DNA of 64,000 bases from Acidobacteriota bacterium (GCA_965209055.1 OZ242374.1:480001-544000), one strand, 5' to 3'; positions 27,383-37,533 are shown, numbered from the stretch's first letter. Notes: generated by a model not told the origin, from the letters alone. Numbers and translations are program-made.

Positions 27383-29764
27383 ATGTCCTATCTATTGCTG
27401 CGTTTTCCCCGGCTCTTGGTTGCCGCCGGACTGGCAGCCCTTGGATTGCCTGCGCTGGGTATGGCGCAGGTCATGGAAGGGCGCCTGGCGGTCCAGGTGT
27501 CCGATCCCAGCGGCGGCGCGATCCCGGCCCTGGTCCGACTCGCCGGCCGGAGCCCGGAATTCGTCGCGACTGTGACGGCCGACGAGACAGGCCATGCCGT
27601 CCTCAAGCGTTTGCGCCCCGGCCAGTACCGGCTCACGGTCTCCCATGCCGGTTTCGAAGACCTGTCCCGGCGAGTGGAGATCCGCTCGGCAGTCCCGCAG
27701 TCCGTTCAAGTCGTCCTGGAGGTCGGCACGCCCCACGAGGAATTGACGGTCGAAGATTCGGCGCCTCTCCTGGATCCCCTGCAACCCTCCAATGCCATGC
27801 AAGTGGGGCGGATGAACTTGAATCGCACTCCCGGAACGACTCTGGGCCGCAGCACCATCGACGTCGTGACCACCCTGCCCGGCTGGCTGCTGGAGGCCAA
27901 CGCCGTCCTGCATCCGCGAGGTTCGGAATACGACACCCAATACGTCATCGACGGGATGCCCCTCTACGACAACCGATCCATCGCGTTCGCCCCCGCGTTC
28001 GAAAACGACGAGTTCGAAGCGGTGAACGTTCTCACGGCCGGGATCCCGGCCGAGTACGGCCGCCGGTTGGGGGGAGTGATCGCGCTGGACACACGCCGGG
28101 CCGAGCGGCGGGGACACCACACGGCTCTGGATCTGCAGGCCGGGGGATACGGAACCTGGTTCGGTTCCATGTCCCACCAGTTCGCCGCGGACCGCAGTTC
28201 CTTCTCGATAGGACTGCAATCCGGAATTACGGATCGATACTTGGACCCGCCCTCCATCGAGAACTTTACCAACCGGGCAAGTGCGGGAGGCGTCAACGCC
28301 CGGCTGGCCCATGACCTTTCCCCTCGCGACCAGTTGACCGCCTACCTCCGGTACAACCGTACCGGATTTCTGGTGCCCAACGACCTGGAACAGCAGGCGG
28401 CGGGACAGCGCCAGGATCGCCGCATGGGCGAGATGGCCGGGCAGATCCACTACCAGCGGACCATCTCGCCGAGCACATTGGGCTCCATACGTGGAATGAT
28501 CCGAGACCTTTCCAGCGAGCTGTGGAGCAACCCGCTGGCGACCCCGGTCCATGTCGGGCAGGATCGCGGATTTCGCGAAGCCGCGTTGGTCGGCGACGTC
28601 ACCGTCGACCATCATCGGCACACCTTGAAGTTCGGGGGCGACGTCCGGATCAACGACATCCACGAGGTCTTTCTCCTGTCGGCACCGGGAGAATCGAGCC
28701 GCCCGGACCTGGCTTTCCAAGACGAGCGGCGCAGCACGGAGATGGGCCTGTTCGTTCAGGACCAGATCCGTCTCGGAAACTTCGCCACGACTCTGGGAGT
28801 CCGCTTCGATGCCTACAGCCTGCTGGTGGAGGACACGGCCGTCAGCCCCAGGGCCGCCGTCAGCTACTACGTCCCCAAGGCCGAAATACAATTGTTCGCC
28901 TCCTACGACCGCATCTTCCAACCGCCTCCCATGGAGAATCTGCTGCTGTCCAGCGGGGCCCCGGCATTGGAGATCGACGCCGTCGAGGGAACGATCCCGG
29001 TGCCCGCGAGCCGGGCCAACTTCTTCGAGATCGGGTTGCGCAAGACCATGGCCAACGTTTTGCGCCTCGACCTGAGCCACTACTGGCGGACCTTTCGGAA
29101 CTACATCGACGACGACGTCTTTCTGAACACGGGCGTCTCGTTCCCCATCACCTTCGACACGGCCCGCATCGAGGGGACCGAAGTCCGGCTCGAGCTGCCG
29201 CGCTGGAGACGGGTCTCCTCTTTCGTCAGCTATTCGAACCTGCTGGGCCGGGCCACCTCGCCCGTAACGGGAGGGCTGTTCATCGAGGGAGGCGAGGCGG
29301 AGGAATTGCGGGATGTGGTCGAGCGGTTTCCCATCAGTCAGGATCAGCGCAACACGGTCGCAGCCCGGTTCTTGTTCGATCTCCACCGGCGGGTCTGGCT
29401 CGGGATCGGGGCCCGGTACGGCAGCGGGTTGCCGGTGGAGTTGGCCGACGACGATGACGACGATGAGGGTGAGGACGAGGAAGAAGGAGAGGCGCCGGAA
29501 TCCGGCGCCGATGAAGAGCGCTTCATTGCTCCGGAGATTCTGGCGCGGGTGAATTTCGAGCGGGCCAGAGTCCGGCCCAATTTCAGCCTTGATCTTTCCG
29601 TCGGGGCCCGGCTCTGGGAGGCCGACGCGCAATCGGTCTCGATACAGTTCGACGTGCGCAACCTGACCGACCGGCTCAACGTGATCAACTTCAACGGCCT
29701 GTTCTCGGGCACCGCCCTGGCGCCCGGCCGGCTGGCCACGGTGCGGTTGAAGATGCGGTTCTGA
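27383..29764 (+). CDS. TonB-dependent receptor
   Basis: Signal peptide, VQVSDPSGGAIP carboxypeptidase-like domain, plug YVIDGMP...IPAEYGRRLGGVI, terminal RLKMRF. Confidence 0.9.
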   Translation: MSYLLLRFPRLLVAAGLAALGLPALGMAQVMEGRLAVQVSDPSGGAIPALVRLAGRSPEFVATVTADETGHAVLKRLRPGQYRLTVSHAGFEDLSRRVEIRSAVPQSVQVVLEVGTPHEELTVEDSAPLLDPLQPSNAMQVGRMNLNRTPGTTLGRSTIDVVTTLPGWLLEANAVLHPRGSEYDTQYVIDGMPLYDNRSIAFAPAFENDEFEAVNVLTAGIPAEYGRRLGGVIALDTRRAERRGHHTALDLQAGGYGTWFGSMSHQFAADRSSFSIGLQSGITDRYLDPPSIENFTNRASAGGVNARLAHDLSPRDQLTAYLRYNRTGFLVPNDLEQQAAGQRQDRRMGEMAGQIHYQRTISPSTLGSIRGMIRDLSSELWSNPLATPVHVGQDRGFREAALVGDVTVDHHRHTLKFGGDVRINDIHEVFLLSAPGESSRPDLAFQDERRSTEMGLFVQDQIRLGNFATTLGVRFDAYSLLVEDTAVSPRAAVSYYVPKAEIQLFASYDRIFQPPPMENLLLSSGAPALEIDAVEGTIPVPASRANFFEIGLRKTMANVLRLDLSHYWRTFRNYIDDDVFLNTGVSFPITFDTARIEGTEVRLELPRWRRVSSFVSYSNLLGRATSPVTGGLFIEGGEAEELRDVVERFPISQDQRNTVAARFLFDLHRRVWLGIGARYGSGLPVELADDDDDDEGEDEEEGEAPESGADEERFIAPEILARVNFERARVRPNFSLDLSVGARLWEADAQSVSIQFDVRNLTDRLNVINFNGLFSGTALAPGRLATVRLKMRF

Positions 29765-29904
29765 CCTGGCGCGACGTGGGCGGCGGCGCCACGGTTTGTT
29801 GCCCGGTGTATCTCCGGAAGATCGGCGCTTGGCAAGGCGCCGCTGCGCCGCCGTTCCTCCGCTGCTCCTCCGCCGCCGCTCCGGAAATTTCGGACAATGG
29901 ATAC

Positions 29905-31416
29905 ATGAAGCCGAGAATATCGGCAGTGGCCGGCGACCGGGAAAAAATTCTGCTGACCGGGTCCACCGGGTATATCGGCGGCCGTTTGCTCCGCCGGCTC
30001 GAAGCCGATGCCTGCGCGGTTCGGTGCCTGGTCCGGCGGCCGGAGGTCCTAAGGCCACAGGCCGATGACACCACCGAGGTGGTGCAAGGGGACCTGCTCA
30101 AGCCGGAGACGCTCCCGGACGCCATGCGCGGGATCTCCACGGCGGTCTACCTGGTGCACTCCATGGCGTCGGCCGGGGACTACGCCGACCAGGATCGAAG
30201 GGCCGCGAAGGCGTTCTCTACCGCAGCCCGGCAGGCGGGCGTCGGGCGCATCGTCTACCTGGGGGGACTGGGGAGCGGCGCAAGGCTGTCGGGCCATCTT
30301 CGGAGCCGTCAGGAGGTGGGCCGGATTCTCCGCGGCTCCGGGATTCCCACCATCGAATTCAGGTCCTCCATCATCATCGGGTCGGGAAGCCTTTCCTTCG
30401 AGATGATCCGGTCCCTGGTGGAGAAGCTGCCCGTCATGCTGACTCCCCGCTGGGTTCACACGATGTCGCAGCCCATCGCCGTGGAAGACGTCATCGAATA
30501 CCTGATCGCCGGGTTGGAGACTCCTCTTGAAGGGAGCCGGATCATCGAGATTGGAGGGTCCGAACGAGCGTCCTATGCCGACATCATGGAAGAATACGCC
30601 CGCCAGCGGGGGCTGCGCCGAAGGATGATCTCCGTTCCCGTCCTCTCTCCCCGGCTGTCCGGCTTGTGGCTGGGGCTGATCACTCCCATCTACGCCAGGG
30701 TGGGCCGCAAGCTCGTGGAGAGCCTCCGCAACGAAACCGTCGTCGACGGCGCGCGAGCCCTCGAGACGTTCGGCATCCGTCCTCGCGGGCTGGTCCAGGC
30801 GATCCAGCGGGCGCTCGCCAATGAAGACCGTGAGTTCGCGGAGACACGCTGGTCCGACGCCATCTCTTCCCTGGGCGGCGTCACGACCCGGGCCGGAGCC
30901 CGGTACGGGACCCGGATCGTCGATTCTCGAGTTCGCTACGTCCCGGTTCCGGCCCCGCAGGCCTTCCTGCCGATCCGGCGAATCGGAGGAGAGTCGGGAT
31001 GGTACGGGTCGGACTGGCTCTGGAAAGTTCGGGGCGCGCTGGACCTGCTGGCCGGCGGTCCCGGCATGCGGCGCGGACGAAAGAGCCCCGACCAACCGGC
31101 GGTTGGAGAGACCATCGATTTCTGGCGAGTGGAGGCGTACGAAGAGGACCGGCTGCTCCGGCTCGTCGCCGAGATGCGCCTTCCCGGCCGCGCTTGGCTC
31201 CAGTTCGAGGTGGAACCCGACGGATCGGGGTCAAGGGTCCGGCAGACCGCGGAATTCGACCCCCGGGGATTTCTGGGCCTCGCCTACTGGTACGCCCTCT
31301 ACCCGTTGCATCACTTTGTTTTCGAGCGGTTGCTCCAGGGAATCGCCTTCCTGGCGATCCGAGCGACTTGGGAGACGGCGGAAGCCGAGGACGGAAGGGA
31401 AGGCACCGAAGAATGA
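29905..31416 (+). CDS. NAD(P)-binding atypical SDR with C-terminal DUF2867 (YbjT-like)
   Basis: ILLTGSTGYIG, YLVHSM, SGHLRSR.EV, IGG..GW, DFWRVE, AEMRLPG.AWL. Confidence 0.9.
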   Translation: MKPRISAVAGDREKILLTGSTGYIGGRLLRRLEADACAVRCLVRRPEVLRPQADDTTEVVQGDLLKPETLPDAMRGISTAVYLVHSMASAGDYADQDRRAAKAFSTAARQAGVGRIVYLGGLGSGARLSGHLRSRQEVGRILRGSGIPTIEFRSSIIIGSGSLSFEMIRSLVEKLPVMLTPRWVHTMSQPIAVEDVIEYLIAGLETPLEGSRIIEIGGSERASYADIMEEYARQRGLRRRMISVPVLSPRLSGLWLGLITPIYARVGRKLVESLRNETVVDGARALETFGIRPRGLVQAIQRALANEDREFAETRWSDAISSLGGVTTRAGARYGTRIVDSRVRYVPVPAPQAFLPIRRIGGESGWYGSDWLWKVRGALDLLAGGPGMRRGRKSPDQPAVGETIDFWRVEAYEEDRLLRLVAEMRLPGRAWLQFEVEPDGSGSRVRQTAEFDPRGFLGLAYWYALYPLHHFVFERLLQGIAFLAIRATWETAEAEDGREGTEE

Positions 31417-31491
31417 ATCGTCCTGCCTGACGCTCACCCGAGGGACGCTCCGCCGGTCGCGTGTTAGAATCCGCGCGAAAGGGGGCAGGAC

Positions 31492-33381
31492 ATGTTGACG
31501 CGACGACGTGAGTGCCCGCCGCCAGAGTCCAGGTTACGAGCGTCGCGAGCCACTTCACATTATTTTCGCCCCACCCGGTTCTTCCCGAATCGCACCAGGG
31601 TCATGGGCGGGCTCGTGGCGGGAGCCTGTTTCTGGTTCATGGCCTGCACGGAAGCGCCGGAACGCCCCGGCCCGGGCAATGCGCCCACGGTGACGACGGG
31701 ATCGGGCAGCGCCCTGGGGACCCGGGCGTTGACCGTCAACGGTTCCATTCATCCTCACGGAGAACCCACCACCTACTACTTCGAGTACGGCCCATCGAAG
31801 GACTACGGGTTCCGGACCGCCGAACGGCCCCTCCCGCCCCGTTTGGCCGCCTACTACCACGAGAGCTGGGACGAGGGAATGGGGGGCTGGGACACTTGGC
31901 TGAACCAGTCCCTGTTCACCTCCGGCGGGCCGTCGGGAGGATACGTGAGGCTGGCCGAGCCCAGCCGGAACGACCACAACCACGACGACGGGATCGGCAC
32001 GCTGCACCTGACCAAATACCTGTGGTGCGGCCGCTGCCTCGACCCCGACCGGGATCCCGGCCCCTGCCTCGCCGCCGGGGACCCGGACCTGAGGGACGCC
32101 AAGGTCACGGTCTGGGTGCGGGGAAACGACTGGAAACCCAATGGCTCGGAGTTGCTCTGGTGGAGCCAGGCTTACGTCAACGTGGAGATGGTGGACGATC
32201 CCGGCTGGAGGGCGTCCAACTGGGCCTACACCGGGTTCCTGTTGACCGATTTCCTGATGGACGGCGAGTGGCACAGGGTGGACTACCGCCTCTGGAACGA
32301 TACTTCGTACTGGAGCTACGGAGGAAACAATCCTACCCGGCAAGGGGGCGTCGCCCGGCGCTATGACTACGGCTCCATCGACCAGGTCCAGGGTCACCTC
32401 AACGACGACTTCTTCCACCTGGCGGCGTTCATCGACGTGGAGAACCCGCCCTCGGGATCCATCGATTTCGACGAATTCCAATTGGTCTACCGCAACGAGT
32501 CGCTGCTCTTCCCCGACAACGGAGGCCGGCTGGTCTCCTGGCCCCAGGACTCGCCGGACGATCCGGCGACGCTCACCGACGGCTGGCGCCACGGCTCCGG
32601 CCGCATGTGGAAGAGCTCTCCCGACCCGGAAGCGCCCCAGGAGTTCGTTTACACCTTTGAACGGCACGTGACCATCGACGCGATCCAGCTCCACCAGAAC
32701 CCGGAAGCGCCCGGCAAGGAGGTGGAGATCCTGGCCTCGGAGGACGGAGAAACCTATACGCCGATTCTCAGCCGGACCCTTCCCCGCAAGGGGGACCCGA
32801 ATGCCAACTTCGCCTTCACCCTGGACCAGGGCCTGGCGACCCGGGCCGGGCACCTGAAGGTACGCCTCCTTTCGGGATATGAGGCCCGTCACTGGGGGCT
32901 GGGCGAGATCGAGGTCTTCGGATCGGGGGCCGTCATGAGGACCGACGACGAACTCTACAACGTCAACACGGACATCGGCCGCCTGACGCCGGGGACCACC
33001 TATCACTACCGGCTGGCGGCAACGAACGCAGCAGGCACGGCCCATGGCGAGGACCGAACCTACACCCTGCCGGCCGGCCATCGTCCCCTGGTGAGGACCG
33101 GCGCGGCAAGCCGGGTCCAGGCACAGTCGGTCAAGGTGGAAGGACGGCTCAATCCCATGGGCGTGCGGACCCGGTTCCATTTCCAGTATGGGACCGATAC
33201 CGGTTACGGCCGGGAATCTTCCGCCGGCTATGCCGGGTTGCAGGTCACCCCCAGGTTGGTCTTTTCCGACCTCACGGATCTGGCGCCCGGGACCACCTAC
33301 CACTATCGCCTGGTGGGCGAAAACGAGCAGGGCGTCAGCTACGGAACCGACGCCACCTTCACCACCGCGCCGGCGAGATGA
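31492..33381 (+). CDS. exported protein with Fn3-like repeats and discoidin/F5-8-like domain
   Basis: Two PGTTYHYRL Fn3 motifs; ATLTDG...W...EILASEDGETY...WGLGEIEVFG discoidin pattern; possible lipoprotein Cys (FMAC). Confidence 0.75.
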   Translation: MLTRRRECPPPESRLRASRATSHYFRPTRFFPNRTRVMGGLVAGACFWFMACTEAPERPGPGNAPTVTTGSGSALGTRALTVNGSIHPHGEPTTYYFEYGPSKDYGFRTAERPLPPRLAAYYHESWDEGMGGWDTWLNQSLFTSGGPSGGYVRLAEPSRNDHNHDDGIGTLHLTKYLWCGRCLDPDRDPGPCLAAGDPDLRDAKVTVWVRGNDWKPNGSELLWWSQAYVNVEMVDDPGWRASNWAYTGFLLTDFLMDGEWHRVDYRLWNDTSYWSYGGNNPTRQGGVARRYDYGSIDQVQGHLNDDFFHLAAFIDVENPPSGSIDFDEFQLVYRNESLLFPDNGGRLVSWPQDSPDDPATLTDGWRHGSGRMWKSSPDPEAPQEFVYTFERHVTIDAIQLHQNPEAPGKEVEILASEDGETYTPILSRTLPRKGDPNANFAFTLDQGLATRAGHLKVRLLSGYEARHWGLGEIEVFGSGAVMRTDDELYNVNTDIGRLTPGTTYHYRLAATNAAGTAHGEDRTYTLPAGHRPLVRTGAASRVQAQSVKVEGRLNPMGVRTRFHFQYGTDTGYGRESSAGYAGLQVTPRLVFSDLTDLAPGTTYHYRLVGENEQGVSYGTDATFTTAPAR

Positions 33382-34544
33382 CGCGCCGCACGAACAACGC
33401 CAGGAGGACCTTCATGAACGGACCCCTCGATTCCACCCGGAGAACCTTCCTGGGCCAGGCCGGGCTGGCGGCCACGCTCGGCGCCTGCTCGCAGCCCGCC
33501 CCGGTAAGGAAAGCAACCCCGTCGAACCGGCCTCGAATCCGCATCGGCACCCGCGTCAACGCCAATTGGATGAAGAGCGAGGACGACGTCGACCTTCGTT
33601 TCCTGAAACAGATCGGCGTCGACTACGTGGACATCGTCCTGAGCATGGTCGAGGGTTACAACGAGACCGGCAGCTTTACCCGGGACGCTTTCCGGCGGCT
33701 GACCGACCGGCTCCGGAGAATCGGACTTCGCATCGAACGGGCCAACTCCCTGGGCCCCCACTACCTGGACGCCCACCTGGGGCGGCCCGGCGGCCAGAAA
33801 CAAATCGACAACCTGAAGCGGATCGGAGAGATCCTGGCCGAGTTCGAGATTCCGGTTTACGGCATCCAGGCCTGCCAGGCGGCCCTGCACCTGGACTACC
33901 GGCGGACCGGCTGGACTCGCCCGCGCGGCCGGGGAGGCTACGAGTACTATTCCTTCGACCTGGAGAAGTCCAAGGCGGCGCCCGCTCCCAAGTATCGCGT
34001 CAGCTCGCAGCAACTCTGGGACGGCCTGCTGAACATTTACCGACAGGTCATCCCCGTCGTCGACGGGAGCCGCACCCGGGTCGCCATGCACGGCAACGAC
34101 CCCCCGCTTTACGAATACCTGGGAAACCCTCAGATTCTGTGCCGGTTCAAGGACTTCGACCGGCTGTTTTCGGAAGTCCCCAGTCCCAACAACGGGATCA
34201 CCTTCTGCGTCGGGACACGGTACGAATCCGGAGAGGACGTGCTCGAGGGCATCCGGCATTTCGGGAGCCAGGGAAAGCTGTTTCACGTCCATTTCCGGAA
34301 CGTTCGCGGGACCCTTCCGGCGAACGGCGGATACTCCGAGGTCGCCGTGGACGAAGGCGACATGGAAATGGAGATGGTGCTGAGCGCCCTGGCGGAGGTG
34401 GGCTACGACGGGGTCATCGACTACGACCACGCCATGGGAATCACGGGCGACGAGCCCCTGCCGAAGCAGTACGTCGCCTTCGCCGTGGGTTACATGAGGG
34501 GCCTGCTGCACAGCATTCCCGGACAACGGCGAGCCCGCTCCTGA
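33378..34544 (+). CDS. mannonate dehydratase (UxuA)-like protein with Tat lipoprotein signal
   Basis: RRTFLGQAGLAATLGAC; VAMHGNDPP, SPNNGITFCVGT, VHFRNVRG, DEGDM, DYDH, FAVGYMRGL. Confidence 0.82.
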   Translation: MTRRTNNARRTFMNGPLDSTRRTFLGQAGLAATLGACSQPAPVRKATPSNRPRIRIGTRVNANWMKSEDDVDLRFLKQIGVDYVDIVLSMVEGYNETGSFTRDAFRRLTDRLRRIGLRIERANSLGPHYLDAHLGRPGGQKQIDNLKRIGEILAEFEIPVYGIQACQAALHLDYRRTGWTRPRGRGGYEYYSFDLEKSKAAPAPKYRVSSQQLWDGLLNIYRQVIPVVDGSRTRVAMHGNDPPLYEYLGNPQILCRFKDFDRLFSEVPSPNNGITFCVGTRYESGEDVLEGIRHFGSQGKLFHVHFRNVRGTLPANGGYSEVAVDEGDMEMEMVLSALAEVGYDGVIDYDHAMGITGDEPLPKQYVAFAVGYMRGLLHSIPGQRRARS

Positions 34545-34569
34545 CCCGGAGGCGGTCTCATGCTCTGCC

Positions 34570-36006
34570 TCAGACCTCCTCCAGGATGGAGGCCGCCAGG
34601 TAGACGTGCCTCCCCTCTTCCCGCTGCCGGTTGAAGTAATAGGTCAGGAGGACCCGCCCGTCCTGCATCAGGGCGCCTTGGGGATAACCCAGATCGCGCA
34701 TGAATCCGTCATCCCGCACCACCAGTTCCTCGGCCTCGTCGATATGCCTGCACTCCGGGTCCAGCAGGCGCGCCCGGACGCCGAAGGGCTCTTGGCGGTA
34801 TCCGTAGGCCAGGAGGATCCGTCCGCTGGGCAGCGCCGTGGCCCAATAGGGATAACCCCAGAGCCGATGGCGCACCGGCGCGCTCCAGGTCCTCCCGCCG
34901 TCGTCGGAGGACGCCGTCACCAGACGGCCGGCCGGATTCACGTCCCCGCCCCAATTCTCACGCTGGCGCTCGGTGGCGCCGGCGTGAATCCGGATGAAAG
35001 CCACCAACCTGCCCGAGGCCGTCTCCTGGACGAAGGTCTCGTTGTAGGCGACGGCGCCGTCGACCAAGCCGCCGGAAGGCAACTGCAACGGGTCCGAGGG
35101 TCCCGCGATTTCTCCAACGAACGACCAGCTCTTGCCCATGTCCGGCGATTCCATCAGGGCCGCACGCCATGGATTGGGATAGGAATACACGGGAAGAACG
35201 AGCCGTCCACTGTGGAGCTGGATCACGGGACTCCTGAGGTTCGCGGGTGAAGGAGCCCCCGGCAGCAGGGAGGGAACGCCGTCGATGGGAGAGACCCAGT
35301 AGCGGGGACTCCAGGTTCGACCTCGATCCAGGGATCGCCTCACGCTGACGCCCGAGATCACGGCGTAGATTCCCAGTTCCTCGGCGCTGTAGGACAGGCG
35401 ATAGCGTCCGGCGCCGCCTGGAACCCTTTCCTGGGGCAAGGCTCGAACCCGCTCATAGGAGGCCCTGGTGACGGTCTCCATGACCGCGGTGCAGTAGAGG
35501 ACCGAACCGTCCGCGAGCAGGGTCAGATTGACGTTGTGGACGCCCCCGTAGTCGACGGGGACGGGAGTTCCCCAGGTTTGTCCGCCGTCACGGGAACTGA
35601 CGACGAAATTCTCCGTTTCGATGTGAGTGTGCTTGCGGGCGGCGGCGGGATGCCGGCGGAAAGCCAGAAGGATCTCGCCGTCCGGAAAGATGACCGGAGA
35701 GGGTCCCGGACCATAGTAATAGCGGGGATCCTTCCGAATATCGAAATCCCGCACCTTCTCCAGTCGGCCGGAGCCGGTTGGAGCACTTCCCAGCGCAGTC
35801 TGGGGAAACGCAGAGCCCGGTGCCCAAACGAGGGCGGCGGCCAGCCGCCACGTGTCTCTGAAGAAAGTTCGCCTGTTCCCTAATGACGACTCCGGCGCCG
35901 GCTGGCTTGCCGAGGGCCTCGCAGGGGTGGAACGGCTCGAAAGCTCGATCGATTGACCCGACGGGACGGAGGCTTCAAGCGGTAGCGAAGCAGTAGTACA
36001 GCGCAT
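34570..36006 (-). CDS. Asp-box (BNR) sialidase-like protein, probable Tat substrate
   Basis: RRTFF; SRDGGQTW, SLDRGRTW, SPDMGKSW, SDDGGRTW; DLGYP; start codon uncertain. Confidence 0.82.
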   Translation of the reverse strand: MRCTTASLPLEASVPSGQSIELSSRSTPARPSASQPAPESSLGNRRTFFRDTWRLAAALVWAPGSAFPQTALGSAPTGSGRLEKVRDFDIRKDPRYYYGPGPSPVIFPDGEILLAFRRHPAAARKHTHIETENFVVSSRDGGQTWGTPVPVDYGGVHNVNLTLLADGSVLYCTAVMETVTRASYERVRALPQERVPGGAGRYRLSYSAEELGIYAVISGVSVRRSLDRGRTWSPRYWVSPIDGVPSLLPGAPSPANLRSPVIQLHSGRLVLPVYSYPNPWRAALMESPDMGKSWSFVGEIAGPSDPLQLPSGGLVDGAVAYNETFVQETASGRLVAFIRIHAGATERQRENWGGDVNPAGRLVTASSDDGGRTWSAPVRHRLWGYPYWATALPSGRILLAYGYRQEPFGVRARLLDPECRHIDEAEELVVRDDGFMRDLGYPQGALMQDGRVLLTYYFNRQREEGRHVYLAASILEEV

Positions 36007-36634
36007 CGCCTCCGGTACCCTGCAGGTTCTCCTGGCTGCAGCCCCGGGAACCGTGTGCCGAGTTCCAGGAGGAGGGATTCTGGCCCCCGCCGGTGCCGTC
36101 GTGATGGCCGACCTGGGCGCTTCCTTCGCCGTGGCTGGTCCAGTTCCCGCAGGTGGTGTCCTTGCCGGCCGGGAAGGCCGTGCCGTCCAACTGGGAACCG
36201 GTCAGGATATCGTGCCGGTTGGGACTGTCCCCACGTCCGTTGACCATCAACCCCAACTCGTTCAGTTGCGTTTCCTTGGTGAGGTTGTTGTTGTCCGAGT
36301 GCAGATCGTCGACGTCCCGGGCGACCTGGACGCCCTTGGCGTTGTGCCAGGGCCCGCTGCCGATCCGGTCCCGGGCGTTGACGGCCGCCTCGCCATCCGA
36401 CGCCGTCGCGCTCAGGTACGCACGCCAGGTCTTGTCGCCGACGCCGACGGCCCGTGCCAGCATCCGGCAGCGCTGGTCGGCTCCGGCAAGTCCGCCCAGA
36501 TCGGCACCGTTCCCGGCGCCGGAGCTGACGATGAAGAAACTCATCTTGGGATCCGCATTCTGAGCCGATACCGGGAACGAGGCGAGAGCGCCCACCAGGA
36601 ATGCGGCAAGGAACAGGGGGCCTGTCTTGTTCAT
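35975..36634 (-). CDS. secreted lectin-like protein (endostatin/collagen NC10-like fold)
   Basis: Signal peptide; DLGGLAGADQRC, WRAYLS, ARDRIGSGPW, HDILTGS, TCGNWTS, LYYCFA. Confidence 0.85.
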   Translation of the reverse strand: MNKTGPLFLAAFLVGALASFPVSAQNADPKMSFFIVSSGAGNGADLGGLAGADQRCRMLARAVGVGDKTWRAYLSATASDGEAAVNARDRIGSGPWHNAKGVQVARDVDDLHSDNNNLTKETQLNELGLMVNGRGDSPNRHDILTGSQLDGTAFPAGKDTTCGNWTSHGEGSAQVGHHDGTGGGQNPSSWNSAHGSRGCSQENLQGTGGDALYYCFATA

Positions 36635-36924
36635 CACTGTTCTCCTGCGATTGGGGACCGGAAGCGTTGGGGAATGGTACCACTTTGCCGTTCGCACCGG
36701 CGCCCACGATCACGATCCGGTCAACACCGGAGAGGACTCCTGAGATCTTCTTTCTGGTGGCACTCGAAAAACTGGCACACTATGGGGTCCTTCTTGCGGC
36801 AGTCGTTGAAGCGGGTCCGGAACACGAGCGATTTTGGGTCGCGGCTACGCAGGATCAAGTCATGTGCAGGCTCCTCATCCAAGGAGCGTATAATGGAACG
36901 AAGATAGAAAAAGGCGGTGCGGCC

Positions 36925-37149
36925 ATGACCCTCAAAGAACTCGAAACCGAAGCGCTCCGGCTGAATCCGGCCTCCCGCGCCAGACTGGCCAAGAAACTGT
37001 TGAACAGCCTCGACGCTCTCTCTGAGGCTGAGGTCGAACGCCTGTGGGTGGAAGAAGCGGAACGAAGGAACGACCAGATAGAACGAGGAGTTGTTGAGGC
37101 GAGACGCGCGGAAGATGTGATCCTGGACGCCAGGGCGCGGCTGGGGTGA
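36925..37149 (+). CDS. addiction module component (TIGR02574-type antitoxin)
   Basis: EALRL....RARLA..LL.SL...E..W.EEAERR motif; GTGA overlap with the toxin. Confidence 0.88.
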   Translation: MTLKELETEALRLNPASRARLAKKLLNSLDALSEAEVERLWVEEAERRNDQIERGVVEARRAEDVILDARARLG

Positions 37150-37481
37150 ACCGCCGGGTTGTTTTCCACCCCGAAGCTGAGGAAGAGTTGCATCGTGCCA
37201 CAAGCTACTACGAGGCCGAGAGCCCAGGTATAGGACAAGCTCTCCTTGAAGATATCGAGCTGGCAATCGCTCAAATCAGTCAAAATCGAGAGCGTTTCCG
37301 TGGACAGGCCATGCCAAGAGTCGTCACGGCATTCGGCCGGTTCTGTAATCCGGCTGACTCGGTCGCTCCTCGTTCACAAAGGGTCGAACAGGTCTACTCG
37401 TCACGCCTTGTCCGGCCGACGTACGTAGCCCCGCCTCAGTTCTACATGGGACTTTTTCCCCAGATTGTTGAAGTGAGGTGA
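37146..37481 (+). pseudogene. ParE/RelE toxin, 3'-truncated
   Basis: VVFHPEAEEEL..A.SYYE.ESPGIGQ.L..DIE.AIAQI is a ParE N-terminus; after ~37286 the RFPY/IVAV C-terminal motifs are absent. Confidence 0.7.
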
Positions 37482-37533
37482 CTAGAGAGGATAATGTCCC
37501 TCGCAACGTTTCCGAACCAGAGGAGGAAAGACG

